This document shows, piece after piece, positions 39,400-50,888 of a stretch of DNA of 64,000 nt. The stretch's first letter is position 1; every line of letters starts with the position of its first letter. Source of the stretch: Camelus dromedarius (Eukaryota); assembly GCF_036321535.1 (NCBI RefSeq), contig NC_087437.1, positions 74,960,001 to 75,024,000 of the forward strand, written 5' to 3'. The position numbers and the translations under genes were made by a program. Under the pieces are notes generated by a model that made no database searches, was not told where the DNA came from, and saw only the letters and a program-made list of their open reading frames with translations.

Positions 39400-39990
39400 G
39401 TTATTGTGCCAGCCACGTCTAGTACAGTAACAAGTAGAAAGAGATCAACCGACAGCATACGCTGAGTTCTGTAATCTTCAGTAAAGGGGAAAGAATGGAA
39501 ATCAAAACAGCATTGAGCTTCATAACACCTTCACCGGAGGCTAGAAATCGATGGTGAAAAGCCTCCAAAATTCTGAGGGGAAAAGTGTCAAGCCAAATCA
39601 ATGTGGGAGGAGACATTCAAGGACTGAAAAATGTACGTCACGCTTAATTTTTCTTAGGAAGCTACTGGAGCAGGTGCTCCAGCAAAATGAGGGAATCTAT
39701 CAACAAAGAGGGAGAGAGTGAATCTGACACAGGAAAAGAGGCCTGGGCAGTCCAGGGTCACGGAGAAGGGAAGTGCACACCAGCAGCTGTGCAGAAAGCC
39801 CAATGTGCAGCTAGTCCCCACTGAAAAGGAAGAAGGGGACTTGCGGAGGAAACCCTGAAAAATGACACTGATGGGTTGGATGTTTAAGGATTTCAAAAAC
39901 AGTATTAATTCATTAATTGATACTTAATCTGCTGGTACATTTGAAAAGACTGACAAGGCTAAGCACAAAGAAAACACAAAGGAGATTTAA
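39400..39990 (+). mobile_element. HAL1 / old L1 ORF1-like remnant
   Basis: Degenerate ORF1 C-terminal peptides ARNRW*KASKILR and LRKLLEQVLQQNEG; boundaries approximate. Confidence 0.6.
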
Positions 39991-40004
39991 AATGAAGCGA
40001 TTAA

Positions 40005-40570
40005 AATTTTTTACTACGAAAATTTCACACATATTCAGAGTGGCATATCTAATGAACTCTTATAGACCATCATCCATCTTCAACAGTTACTGAAGTTTTG
40101 TCACTTTGTTTTATCTGTCCTCCTACATTTTCCCAGGATTTTTTAAAAAGAAAAAAAACAATCAAATGTACTATTTCCTCTGCAAATACTTTATTATTCA
40201 TCTAATACCAGTAAGGACACTTTTTAAAAGGTAAGTTCTATGCCATTATCAGACAGGACAAGGTGACAGTAACCCCTAATGTCGTCTAATACCTGGTCTA
40301 TGGGCAAATGTCCCTGCTCTCAAGCATACTTTTTTTATTGTTCCTTAATCTGAATTCGGATCCAAGCAGGATCCATACATGGAAATTGGGGTTATGACGT
40401 TAAGTCTGTTTTTTCTGTAATAGTTTCTTACCCACTTCCCCACTCCATTTATGTTATTGATTTACTAAGAAAAGTGAGTCATTGGTCCCGTAGGATATCC
40501 TGCATTCTAGATTTAGTTGGTTGCTTTCTTGTGTCATCTAACTTGCTTTCTATTCTTCATATTATCAGTA
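40005..40570 (-). mobile_element. Old L1M (L1MC-like) 3' fragment
   Basis: aaatttcacacata...atgaactc...tgccattatca...gtctaatacc...gaattcggatccaa pattern of old L1 3' UTRs. Confidence 0.6.
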
Positions 40571-40852
40571 AACTGGTATTCAGCTGAAGAAGCTTAAATA
40601 GATCAGATTCATTTGTTTGGCAAGAATACTTCGTAAGCATGTAATTACTGGCTGTCTCCCTTTTTGTGGATTGTCCAATTAATTTCAGGAGGTGCCAGTA
40701 CAATGAGGCACTTATTAACGCCATGTAAAATAAGGAAGTCAATAATTTAGGACTACCAATGGGCTATGAAGAGAACAAAATTTACCGGAGTCATTAAAAT
40801 GAAACTTTTGACTTTTAGATTAATCTGCATTTGTGAGGGTATGGAGGAAGAA

Positions 40853-41221
40853 CAGTGGCATGCTGGGAAATGTTTAACAACTAGTTTTCTGAGGGGAAAA
40901 TAGCCCTGGTAACATTTGCTGATTTCCATGGTGTAAATACTCCCACTGTGGCCAATTTCAAGCTACCAGTTATTTTTAATTTTTTTCTGATTCAGTGTAT
41001 TTACCCATTCTTTTTTTTTAATTTTTACTTATTATTATTATTTTTTAATGGCGATACTGGGGATTGAACCCAGGACCTTGTGCATGCTAAACCTGCACTC
41101 TACCACTGAGCTATACCCTACCCACCAAGCTACCAATCATTTAATATTTGGCTTGCAAAATTTCTGAAAATTTAACAATCAGCTCACACCAGCAGTCAGA
41201 ATAAGCTCCAGCCCACCACTG
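40853..41221. mobile_element. MER63A-like hAT DNA transposon split by a SINE
   Basis: TIRs cagtggcatgctgg / ccagcccaccactg; internal ggtgtaaatactcccac...tttcaagctacca and gcaaaatttctgaaaatttaacaatc. Confidence 0.85.
40976..41125 (-). mobile_element. tRNA-derived SINE inserted in MER63
   Basis: ggggattgaacccaggaccttgtgcatgcta...ctctaccactgagctatac; TSD caagctaccagttattt / caagctaccaatcattt. Confidence 0.9.
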
Positions 41222-42561
41222 GGATGTGTACGAGGGTCACAGAGTTAAATACTTGTCATTTGCTATTATGGGAAGTAAACAGATAAAGTCTAAAACTGAT
41301 AAATAAAGCCAAAAGCAGAATAAGCAGCTCAATTACATGCATGTAAGTAACAAGTTAGAAAAAAAACCCAAAAAGTTCAGTTTTAAAGTATAAGACTTTG
41401 CGTTTTAGATATGTGCATGAATGATGTACATGATGAAAAGTAAAAAACTGATTTTTGAAAATTTTATAACACAAAAAAGAAATAAAGATAAAAGATATTA
41501 GCTAAACTTCATAGGTAAGGTCAGTGATGAAAACTGCTCCCCTCAAAAGTAAGGTCCGTCTCTGTTCAGGGAACAGATTTCTTCGTTTCTGCAGCTAGGA
41601 ATTGTCCATTCCACTACGGAAACCCTCCCGACTTGGAAGCTGAGGGTCTAAACCTGGTAGCGAGTAACCTCCTCAAAACATGAAGTCTCCGTGCAAAGTA
41701 CAACACGATCAAAGCTTGCGGCTCTCGTGGTCAGTACGACACCCACCCAGGGTGGACGGTGGGATTTGCCGTTAGGTGAGCTCCAGGGACTGACCAGGGC
41801 CACCTCCTCCCCCCCACGTTTCTGCCACTGATTTGCTGGCGAAAGGGAGCCATTGCCTAATGACTCACTGCAGAGCAGAAGCTGAGGAAAAGTGGTGAGC
41901 GCTGGAGCTGGGTCTGGGCCAGCACAGATACTCCAAAAGCAAGAAGCACTGTGAGTGTGTAGCTCTTGTTGCTGGCAACTGGTTCCTAAAAGGCAGTGAA
42001 AATGGCCGTGGGCTGCACTATTCTCACCTGAGCCTACACATGCTTCACCTGGAGACAGATGCAAAACGCCCAGTTCCCTGGAAACTTCTTCCTATGCTAG
42101 GCGTGAACCCGCGCACTGGGTTCTGTGCATACAGAGTGCATGACGTGGAGCTCACTCCTGCTCTGCTGAAGTCCGGGCAGAGCCTGGCGACGAAGGAGCA
42201 CCTAGCACTGCTGTTCGTCCCGTACCCTTCATGCTCCAGCCGCACCCCTTTCTGCACACTCCACCTTTAGTTTGCTTTTCTTCACATGTCCTTTCTCTTT
42301 TGAAATGCAAGTGGTGCATGAATTCTTCCTCAGGGAACAACGTGCAGAAATTTGAGGAGTAAAACTGATGAAGCGTCCCCGCCAAATCCCGCACGCTTCC
42401 CCAGACCAGACACCCAGCATGGCGGCATGAAGTAGATGCTGAACAAATGTCTACTGAACCATTAAATAAAATAACAAGGGCAGTGACAACTCTAGGGCCC
42501 TCTCTTCTGTATATGCACTTCTTTCCTTTCCGTTCCTCTCTCTCTCCTTCACCTTTTCCCC

Positions 42562-42719
42562 ATTTATTTATTTATTCGTTTAATTTTTATTTGTTGTGGG
42601 CTTTTTGGGGGTGGTAATTAGGCTTATTTATTTATTTATTTAATGGAGGTACTGGGGATTGAACCCAGGACCTCCTGCATGCTAAGTACGAGCTCTACCA
42701 CTGAGCTACACCCACCCCA
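42562..42719 (-). mobile_element. tRNA-derived SINE (camelid type, long-tail form)
   Basis: (ttta)n, ggtaattaggcttattt tail, then ggggattgaacccaggacctcctgcatgctaagtacgagctctaccactgagcta. Confidence 0.9.
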
Positions 42720-42814
42720 TTCTCCCATATTTATACTAAAGAGGGCCACTGTGTCTTCCAAGTTATAGCTTAGTGCCCAACTGGAATGATTCTCTCAGGG
42801 GGAGTTTTAAAGTG

Positions 42815-42818
<4 letters not shown>

Positions 42819-42872
<54 letters not shown>
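42819..42872. repeat. (TG)~27 microsatellite
   Basis: Direct reading. Confidence 0.95.
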
Positions 42873-42875
<3 letters not shown>

Positions 42876-44064
42876 CTGGTAAGAATTTCAGCTTGCATAC
42901 TCAGGCATTTAAGAAATATACTTTAGTTTTCCATAATAAAATTAATTTGTCTTTTGAGTCCCCATTTTACCAAGGAGATTTCTCCCTCCACTTTCCAGGG
43001 CTGCATATAAACCACGTGGGTGTTGATACCTAGAACTCAAGGTATTGTTAAGAGATCAGGGGAGCGTCTGTCCACACTGGTAGGTGCTGAGACAGACACT
43101 CTCCTCATCTCCTGCTTCACTCAGAATGCTGCTGTCTCCGCAGGGTGGGGCCTCCTGGTCACTCTGTTTATACTCTTAGGTATGAAAGTCTCTTAGGCTG
43201 GCTCAGGATTGTCTGACCAGAGACTCCTTACAGCCTTTCCTCCCAAGCTACGCCAGATTCAGGGGAACCTGGTGAGCTTCCTCCAGTCAATCACAGGTGC
43301 TTCTGCTCTTACCTCTGCCATCGCCAGTGGCTTCTCTTGCCCAACCCTCTGACTATTCTCGACTCTCACAGAGCAGGGCCCATTCCCTCCCCCTCCCCCA
43401 GTGTCCTGCAACCCTCTTTTCCTTCCCTAGTCCACACTTCCCCAGTCTATGGAATTTTTATCTACCTGTCCTCAAAGGAGTTCACAATCTAGTGGGGTGA
43501 CAAATGCAGCCTCAAAAAATTAAAGTTAGTAAATAAAGAATCAGAGATTGAGAGAGGGCAAAGCATTGTACTAACTCTCTAGTTTCAAGGTTCCAGATGG
43601 GTCTTGGGTATTACAGGGCTGCTTTTAAAATTCTGCCCAGTATTGTGACTAATGGTCCAGCCTGTTCCTAGACAGGCCAGCTGGATGGATGGACTAGGGA
43701 ATTCTTCAATCCCATCCCAGCAGGGCAGGTAATAGCAGAAAAATCACACTCAGATTTTGGAAAGGTGTGGGGATGGGGGTGAGTAGGTAGGTAGAAGACA
43801 TGATTTTCTGTTCGCCCAAAGAGTTTACAGTCTAGCTGATGAAAGTTATGTTGAGATCAAATGCCTTAAGAAAATATATAAAATATATAAAGTATAACAT
43901 CAAAAACTATAGCAGGAGTATAGTGCTATTCAAGGGTACATTTACTGGGGCCAGAAGATGCAACGAAAACTAAGTTGTAGATTTGGTTAGAAAAGGTTTT
44001 CTGGGGAAGTTGAGGCATGTTGAGGTGTTGAAAAAGTGAAGAACTTGAACTATTATGAATAAAA

Positions 44065-44300
44065 GCTAATGTTTAATGAACATTTCTGTGCCTGTCACTG
44101 TCTTAAGCACTTTCTGCTTATTATCTTATAGAATCGTCAACAATAATATAAGAGTAGATATGATTTTTATCATTCCCATTTTATAGACGAGGCCACTGAG
44201 GCACAGAGATTAAGTGACTTGCTTAAAACTACAGAGCAGAATTGGAATGCCGGCAGTCTGACTCCAAGGGCTGCAGTCTAAACTGCTATGGTATGCCACC
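44065..44300 (-). mobile_element. MIR SINE
   Basis: cccattttatagacgaggccactgaggcacagagattaagtgacttgc...ggcagtctgactccaa. Confidence 0.8.
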
Positions 44301-44627
44301 TTTAACAAAATAGTTCGGTATTTCAATTAAGAGAACAGCTCAAATTAAAGTACAAGGTAGGAGAGAGAAGGGTCAATGGGGACCTAACTAAGGCAGAGGG
44401 TCACTGCTGAAGTATAGAGTGTAACCAGGGAGCACACACTCCACGCACCTCAACTGTATCTTTTGCTCCATACAGATAACCAGTCTGTTGTCAGGACTAC
44501 ATTTACTCTTACACCATGGCTGAGAAATGAGGTGCTCACAGCACCAGATGCAGGAGAATCTCAGAGCAGAAGGCCAGCCCTCAGCACCTCTGGCTCCTGG
44601 TCCACAGCCTTGCTGCTGTAACAGGTG

Positions 44628-45340
44628 TGAAGGTAAGCGTTCAGCCCTCGGGGCCACACCTAGGCATTTGGGTGTGAAACTGTGGGTTAAATCCATTTCA
44701 CCCGCCTTCACTAATCAAGGTCGTTTTAAGACTTGCATGTTCTCCAAGCAGCACGTGGCCTAAACAATAAACTGTTTGCCAGAGTTGTTGTCCAGGAGCT
44801 GGAGTCAGCTGCCTCTAGTTGAAGCTGAGCTGATTAAGACTAGATAGGACCATAGCACAGGGAACTAAATTCAATATCTTGCAGTAACTTATGGTGAAAA
44901 AGAATATGAAAATAAATATATGTCTGTTCATGTATGACTGAAGCATTCTCACAGAAATTGACACAACATTGTAAACTGACTCTCCAATAAAAAAAGGCCA
45001 GATAGGAGCACCCACCCTCCAACTGGGCATGCGTGCTGGGTGACCTTTTGAACTGTAGGGGTCTGTAGCCCAATTACGCCTGCGCAGAACAAAGATTAGG
45101 GCACCTTTTTCCAATCTCCTTTCCCCACGCCCCCCCATGCCGCAAAAGCCCAGCTGCTTCATTCCTCATCCCATAAATACCCGGGCCCCTGGCCTTCGGT
45201 GGGGGGAAGTTTAGTTGTTCTGTCCTTCTGTCTCTTTATTTGGCTCCCTTGCTGCGAGTAACTTACTCTGCCTCAAAATCCTGGCGTCTCAGCATCCTGG
45301 CTTGCTGTGTTTAGGGCAAAACAGATCTGGTTCTGTTGCA
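44628..45340 (+). mobile_element. ERV1-type solo LTR interrupted by an L1 fragment
   Basis: TG...CA ends, perfect 4-bp TSD ggtg (44624-44627, 45341-45344), TATA-like cataaata near 45173. Confidence 0.75.
44850..44994 (+). mobile_element. Short L1 3'-end fragment inserted in an LTR
   Basis: atagcacagggaactaaattcaatatcttg...gacacaacattgtaaactgac + A-tail; TSD agactagatagga (44837-44849) / aggccagatagga (44995-45007). Confidence 0.85.
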
Positions 45341-45579
45341 GGTGCTCTCCAAACAGAGCACCATCATCAGCTCAAACTGAATCTGAAGTTCTCTAAGAGT
45401 AGTCTTTTGTCAGATACCTACGTGCAGGAGGGCAGGTATGGGGTAATAGATGCCTGACTACTGGTACGGAAGGGAATGGTGGGGGGAAAATGGAAGGAGG
45501 CTTGTCAGAAGCTTTGCCTCCTGTAAGATACTGAGGTGTTATAAGGAAGGTAAAATAATTTCTCTGAATTCATGGGTTT

Positions 45580-46140
45580 TGAACTCAAAACTTAGAGTCC
45601 AAGCTCACCTATGAGACAGGCCTATAAGTCAAGAGACAAGACATTAGGGTGAGAAGTAGTAACTTAATTTGGAAAGCTAGCAGACCAAGAAGATGGCAGG
45701 CTGGTGTCCTGTCTTAATTCGGGGTGGAGTTAAGGCTTCTCTTATGCTGAAGAAAAAGGGGGAAGTGAAAGGGTGAAGGCAGGCTTGCAGACTTCTTGGA
45801 GCCACCTGGCCTTCAAGGAAACATCACATTCTTTGTTCTTGCTCACGTAGGCAGAATCACAAAGCTGCAAAAATTCAAGTTGTTAGCAGTTTCTACTCAA
45901 TCTCTCTTCTCTCTGCTTATTCTAAGGAGTTCTAGGCTAAAAGTGAACTTACCTACAAGTAACGGCCATAACTAACCCAGGACCACGGGATGGGAACTTT
46001 CTAAAGGAAACTTAACTTATTTGAACACAGCAACATTTCTCTAACTCTCGACGTGCAGGGCTAAAGTAACAGAATGCATGGGCTAAAGAATGATGGAGGC
46101 TGTTTCAACAGGGTTGGTTCTGTTCTTCCTCTGTTAATAC
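45580..46140 (-). mobile_element. Probable ERV LTR (boundaries approximate)
   Basis: LTR-like sequence gagtccaagctcac...aagtcaagagacaag...ggaaagctagcagaccaagaagatggcagg, ending ggttctgttcttcctctgtta; family not assignable. Confidence 0.55.
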
Positions 46141-46544
46141 AACCATGAAAGAAGTGAAGGTTTAAGCCAGAAAAACAGTTGTCAGCACTAGGATAAAGCT
46201 GAACACTGGGATAAAACAAAACCGCCAATGCAAGTTCTCAGATTTAAATCAGCAGTCTCAGACAAATCCTGCAAATCAAGAATGAGGGAATGGTGGGGAA
46301 TTCTTAAGCATAGGTGACTAACCTGTTTACAGAGAGAAAAGTGAAGATAAAGGGGCAAGTTGTGGGGCTTAATGATTTCTACCATACGTGTGATGGCTTA
46401 CCAAATAAGCGTTCACAAATCAAGTCTTAGCTCTACAGTATCAGAAGCCCTTGCTATTTAATGAGCCCTTCTGTGACTCTCTTGTAATGTGACTCACTGG
46501 CTACCACGGGAACAGGGGAGGCAGCATCTCGGGAAGAGTGGGAT

Positions 46545-47165
46545 TGTTAGGCAGTTAAATAGGAATGAGTACTGGGCAGGGGGGGAAGGAGCGACCCAGA
46601 AAATAATACGCCTGTGCTCAGGATAAGGGGCTCCAAAAACTTTCTCTAAGTGAGGGCCAGCAAAGAAGCCAGCTAGGATTAAGCGCTGCAGCTGTGAGAT
46701 AGAGAAGAACCTGGCTTAACTGCACCCAATGCTCATCATACTGTAATTAACATTGCAGTTTGAGCCCCTCCCGTAGGTTTCTCTGTTTGCGTTATGGACA
46801 ACCTGCACAAAAGGGATGGGCATACCTGAGCTGCAATTCCAAAACTGAGGCAAAAGTGATCCTGCCTACATTATCACAGCTCGTGTGAAATGCTAGAGAA
46901 AACTTTGGGGTGGGGGGAAGTGTAGTACAGCCCAACAAAGGGAGGGGGTGCTTATCTGTAAAACGCAGATAATTCTGACCTCAGCCCCCACAGAGATTAA
47001 CTCTACTGGTTATCAAGTTCAAATTTATATTTTCCGATGAAAAGATATGCCTACAAGTGCAGGGGTTGCTTTCCCACAGTTTCTTGTCTCTTATTGATCT
47101 GAGAGCATCAGACATTCACTCGTGTTGTTTGGGGGCAGTGCTGGCCCCAGGCAATGGTTGCCACA
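46545..47165 (+). mobile_element. Probable ERV solo LTR (~620 bp)
   Basis: tgttaggcag... start, ...gccaca end, flanks ggat/gaat (4-bp TSD, one mismatch); orientation less certain. Confidence 0.6.
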
Positions 47166-47757
47166 GAATGAAATTAATTACATGGGAATCATCTTTAGAG
47201 TTTTGACTGTCTTCTTAATCTCACCCAGGACACCTGAAAGGGAGCCCCAGATCTACTTTGAAATTCAGAAGTGACCTTTGCTTATCTGGTTTCTCAGCTT
47301 CTCTTTGTGTGAGAGCCCTTAAAAACTGGCAGGCACCCTGGCTTTTAACTTGTGTCACAATTGCTGCTGATCATTAACCCCCTGGCTGCCCGGCTTGTCT
47401 GGCCTGCAAAGTGACTGCAATTACTAGAGATAAATGGCCATCTATTAGATTGTAAACCATTAGGCTGCAAGCTCTTAAGGGTAAAGACCACGGCTACTAA
47501 CTTCAGAACTGCCAGCATACGTGTTCTTAGGAAGCATTTGTTGCTGAAAATAAAAACATTCTTAGTTAGCACTGTATAGTTTACAAAGTATTTTCATGTA
47601 CACCATCAATCAATTTTGGTCAAGCCCCCTCAGAATGTTACCTGTTAAAGATGTCAACTGTACCTGCTGACATTCGTTTAAAACTTAATTTTTATAACTC
47701 ATATGTGAACAAAATCTGTTGGAATCGTGGTTCTCAATTCTGGCTACATGTTAGAAG

Positions 47758-48377
47758 TGTAACTGAGCAGGACCCTATGGGGCCTTCCTGGGATAGACCA
47801 CCCCGTGTACTCTGCCTGCCTCCTGTTTGCAGAAAACTTTAGCCTCCTAGGCTTCTTCCTCAAGTTCCAAAGAGCAGATTTAATCAGAAGTAAGAAAATG
47901 CAGAAACAAAGGAAAACAGTCAAGCAAGACAAAAAAAATAGTTTAGCCATTAAACAAAGTCCCCAGGACATTTTCAAGGGCTATTGATCATATTCCGAGC
48001 CATAGCTTTGAGCTGTTTTGCAGATACTGAAACCCCCACCAGGTGGAGGAAGCTAACTTCATGCTGACCACGAGCACATAGATCCCAGATCGGTTGGAAC
48101 CAGAAGGTTGATAATGTTGATTCCCAGTTACCTCACCACCAACCAATAGAAAGAATGTCCACGAGCCTGGTCATATACCCTGAAACCGTCTCCCTCACCC
48201 TGTCTTTAAAAACCTTTCCCTGAAAGCCAGCTGAGAGTTTAGGTCTTGCGTTAGCTGCCCACACTGCCTGCTTGGCCCTGCAGGAAAGGCTGCACTTCAT
48301 TCCCTCACCACAAGCCAGTATCCGTAGACTGGCCTTGCTGCACGCAGCTGAGCGGACCCAGGTTTGGCTCTGTAACA
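47758..48377 (+). mobile_element. ERV1-type solo LTR (620 bp) inserted in a MER5-like element
   Basis: tgtaac...tgtaaca ends, TATA-like ctttaaaaacc near 48204, flanks gaag/aaag; MER5-like halves on both sides (gtggttctcaa...; ...aatgtgcagccag). Confidence 0.82.
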
Positions 48378-50194
48378 AAAGCACCTGGGGAATTAGAAAT
48401 ACAGTGCCTGGGCCTCCCCCTCAGTCCAACTGAATCAAAACAATGTTAGTTTTAAGCTGTCTGGTGGTTCAAATGTGCAGCCAGTGCCTGCTATCCTAGA
48501 AAGACCACGGTCAAAATAGCAGAAAACTGTGCTAGGCTCATTTCTGCCACCACCAAGGAGCTGTGAACCATGGATGCGTATGAAAAGGGGATTCTCTGTC
48601 CCAAACTATTCATTCAGAAGCAGTTCCTCTGACTGTTCTTTTAGTCATAGTCAAAGAACGACAATACCCCCAGCCCCATGCAGAAGCCAGGAATATAGGT
48701 ACATACATCCCACTGTCTCACCTGCCATTGTCCCCATCCCCTGGGCACCTCTCCCAGTCATTAGAGAACGAGGATCCAGGCTTTTCTGTGGGAAATAATG
48801 TAAGCATAGGAGGCAGGCTGGCTGAATTAGGGTGTGAGACTGGATTGTATTTTATCTGCTGCAATATCGGTTTAAGGAGACAGGTGCTTTATGAGAAGAA
48901 ACCCACATTGGCTACCTGAGGAATTTCCCTGCAAGAGGCTGCCATTGCTCTAGTTCCAGCTGGGTATTCCGTAACTACCTCGTTCTGAAGTGTGCAGACT
49001 TGGACAACTATCCTGCCTTCCCCAGATGCACATGAGACTGGCTTCTAACTCACAGCGGGCCGGGCACGCTAAGCTGGCTGCATTCTGGGGGCAGGTGGTC
49101 AGGGCTCCCTGGTATCCAGGAAACCTACTAATAACCAGGAGTTTGCTTGGTAAACATTATGAGATGCCCTCTGTCCCGGAACCCTTGAGTTTTGTACAGT
49201 CATGGCCAAGTCAAAAACAACCGTGTCTGATATGCATAAAGATCACATTATAGAACCAATTTACCAAGCCAGCAGCAGATTTCTCATCTGACAGAGGCCA
49301 GCCAGCCTCTCCTCAGGGCGTTCCAGCAATCCCACGGCTGAGGAAATCATGTTTGCTGTTAATATAAGTGTCAGTAGGTGAAAATGGGTTAGGTCTTAAA
49401 TGCTGAACATCACGTTTCCCTTACAGATTTAAAAAATTCACAGAAGTATTTAAAAAGTATTCACATGTATTTGATATAATAGACAGCCCTTACGTTGCCT
49501 ACTTTCTTTCAGTTCCTAAAATGCAAATTACATGTCCCTGACAACTGTTGATCAACCACATAACGTGTTTATCCTCACTCTCTGGGTTTCCTTGCTTCCG
49601 ACCATCTGAGTAACCATTTTCAGGCAAGAACTTTCAATTCCTATGTTGCTACTGACCTGCCATAGCTGGAAAAATGTCACTGAAAAGTGTCGCATGTAAA
49701 CGAGTGAAAATATCTAAATGTCTTCAGGTTAGGGGCCGTGATGATTCATGAATTTTTCAGAGAGTGATTCCGTGAAAAGTCGCTGTAAGTTAACGCTGTG
49801 GGAGGAAGCAGTTTTAATCTGAGCTAAAGTTTGGATTCTTGTTGGATTGGGATTGTTTTCCTGAATAAGAGGGTCCACTGGAATAAATGGGGCTAACTAG
49901 TTGTCATAGTGATTTTTATTTCCATGATCTTAGTGTTCCAGAACCCAGGTGCTGTGCTTCTTGTGAACACCAAGCAGGGCCTTGTTGGGGTTAAATGAGC
50001 TCACCTGTAAAGCAGGATGCCTGGCCCTGTATGAATAGCAAGTGTCACATCAACACCAACAGTCGTCACTGCGTCATGACTGCAATCATGACTTATTACT
50101 CATCCAGTCCCTTTCTCATCTGCAGAATGAAGCACTGTCTCAAGAGCTGAAATTCTATGATTTATATCAATGAAATGAAGCCAAGTTTCCCTAG

Positions 50195-50888
50195 TGAGAT
50201 TATCCGGTTCATCAATTCGTGGTTCTATCATTGGGACAAAACACCAAAGCAGATGTCTCTGACATATACTGAGAGAACATTCCAGTATCTGTTTCTCAAG
50301 GTCACTCAGGCAAACGGAGAGTGATGGCAGGGCCATATTGAGCAGGTCAGGTGATCTCTACAGCGAGATTTTAGCCAAAGACTTTATAGGGTGTGGAGAA
50401 GAGCGGAATCAGGGCTGTAACGCAGGGGGGAGGCTCTGGAGAGGGGAACCGCTGAGCCGAGGAAGGACCGGCTGCACAGTGGAGGAAGGCTCTCGGTTCC
50501 TAGCCACAGGCATGGGTGAGACTGAGGACAGGGTCAGCTGAAGGAGCACCGGCACAATAGCTGGTTCAGCTGATCAACGGTCCTGGAGGGGCCACGGGGG
50601 AAGTTTCCCACGGGAAACTGTAAGCAGGGAGACACTGCTGTGTACGGGGTGCTGGAGGCCAAACCATGAGGCAGGGGCCCAGGATTCCAAAACAGATAGA
50701 AGAAGGAATATTCATCAGACATGACAGCAGGGGAGGGCAAGAGGTCCTGCTGAGCAGGATGGTATGGTGGGCGGTGCAGCGGGGCATGGACTTGGGGGGC
50801 TCGTAAGCCTCCCGGATGCAGAGCCACTGGGAGCACCCGGCCAGCTTCACCTTGGGCGGCCCTGGGTTTGAAGGAAACACGAGCTTCA
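50195..50888 (-). mobile_element. Probable older LTR, GC/CpG-rich
   Basis: TG...CA bounded ~690 bp; minus-strand ccctataaa TATA (50383-50391) followed by R/U5-like sequence; no clear TSD. Confidence 0.4.

Noticed and set aside
41040..41125. tRNA gene
   Set aside because: tRNA-like head belongs to a SINE with tail and TSD, and occurs in four diverged copies
44628..48377. Full-length provirus
   Set aside because: The LTRs are dissimilar, have their own TSDs and mixed orientation, and no gag/pol/env remnant was recognised between them
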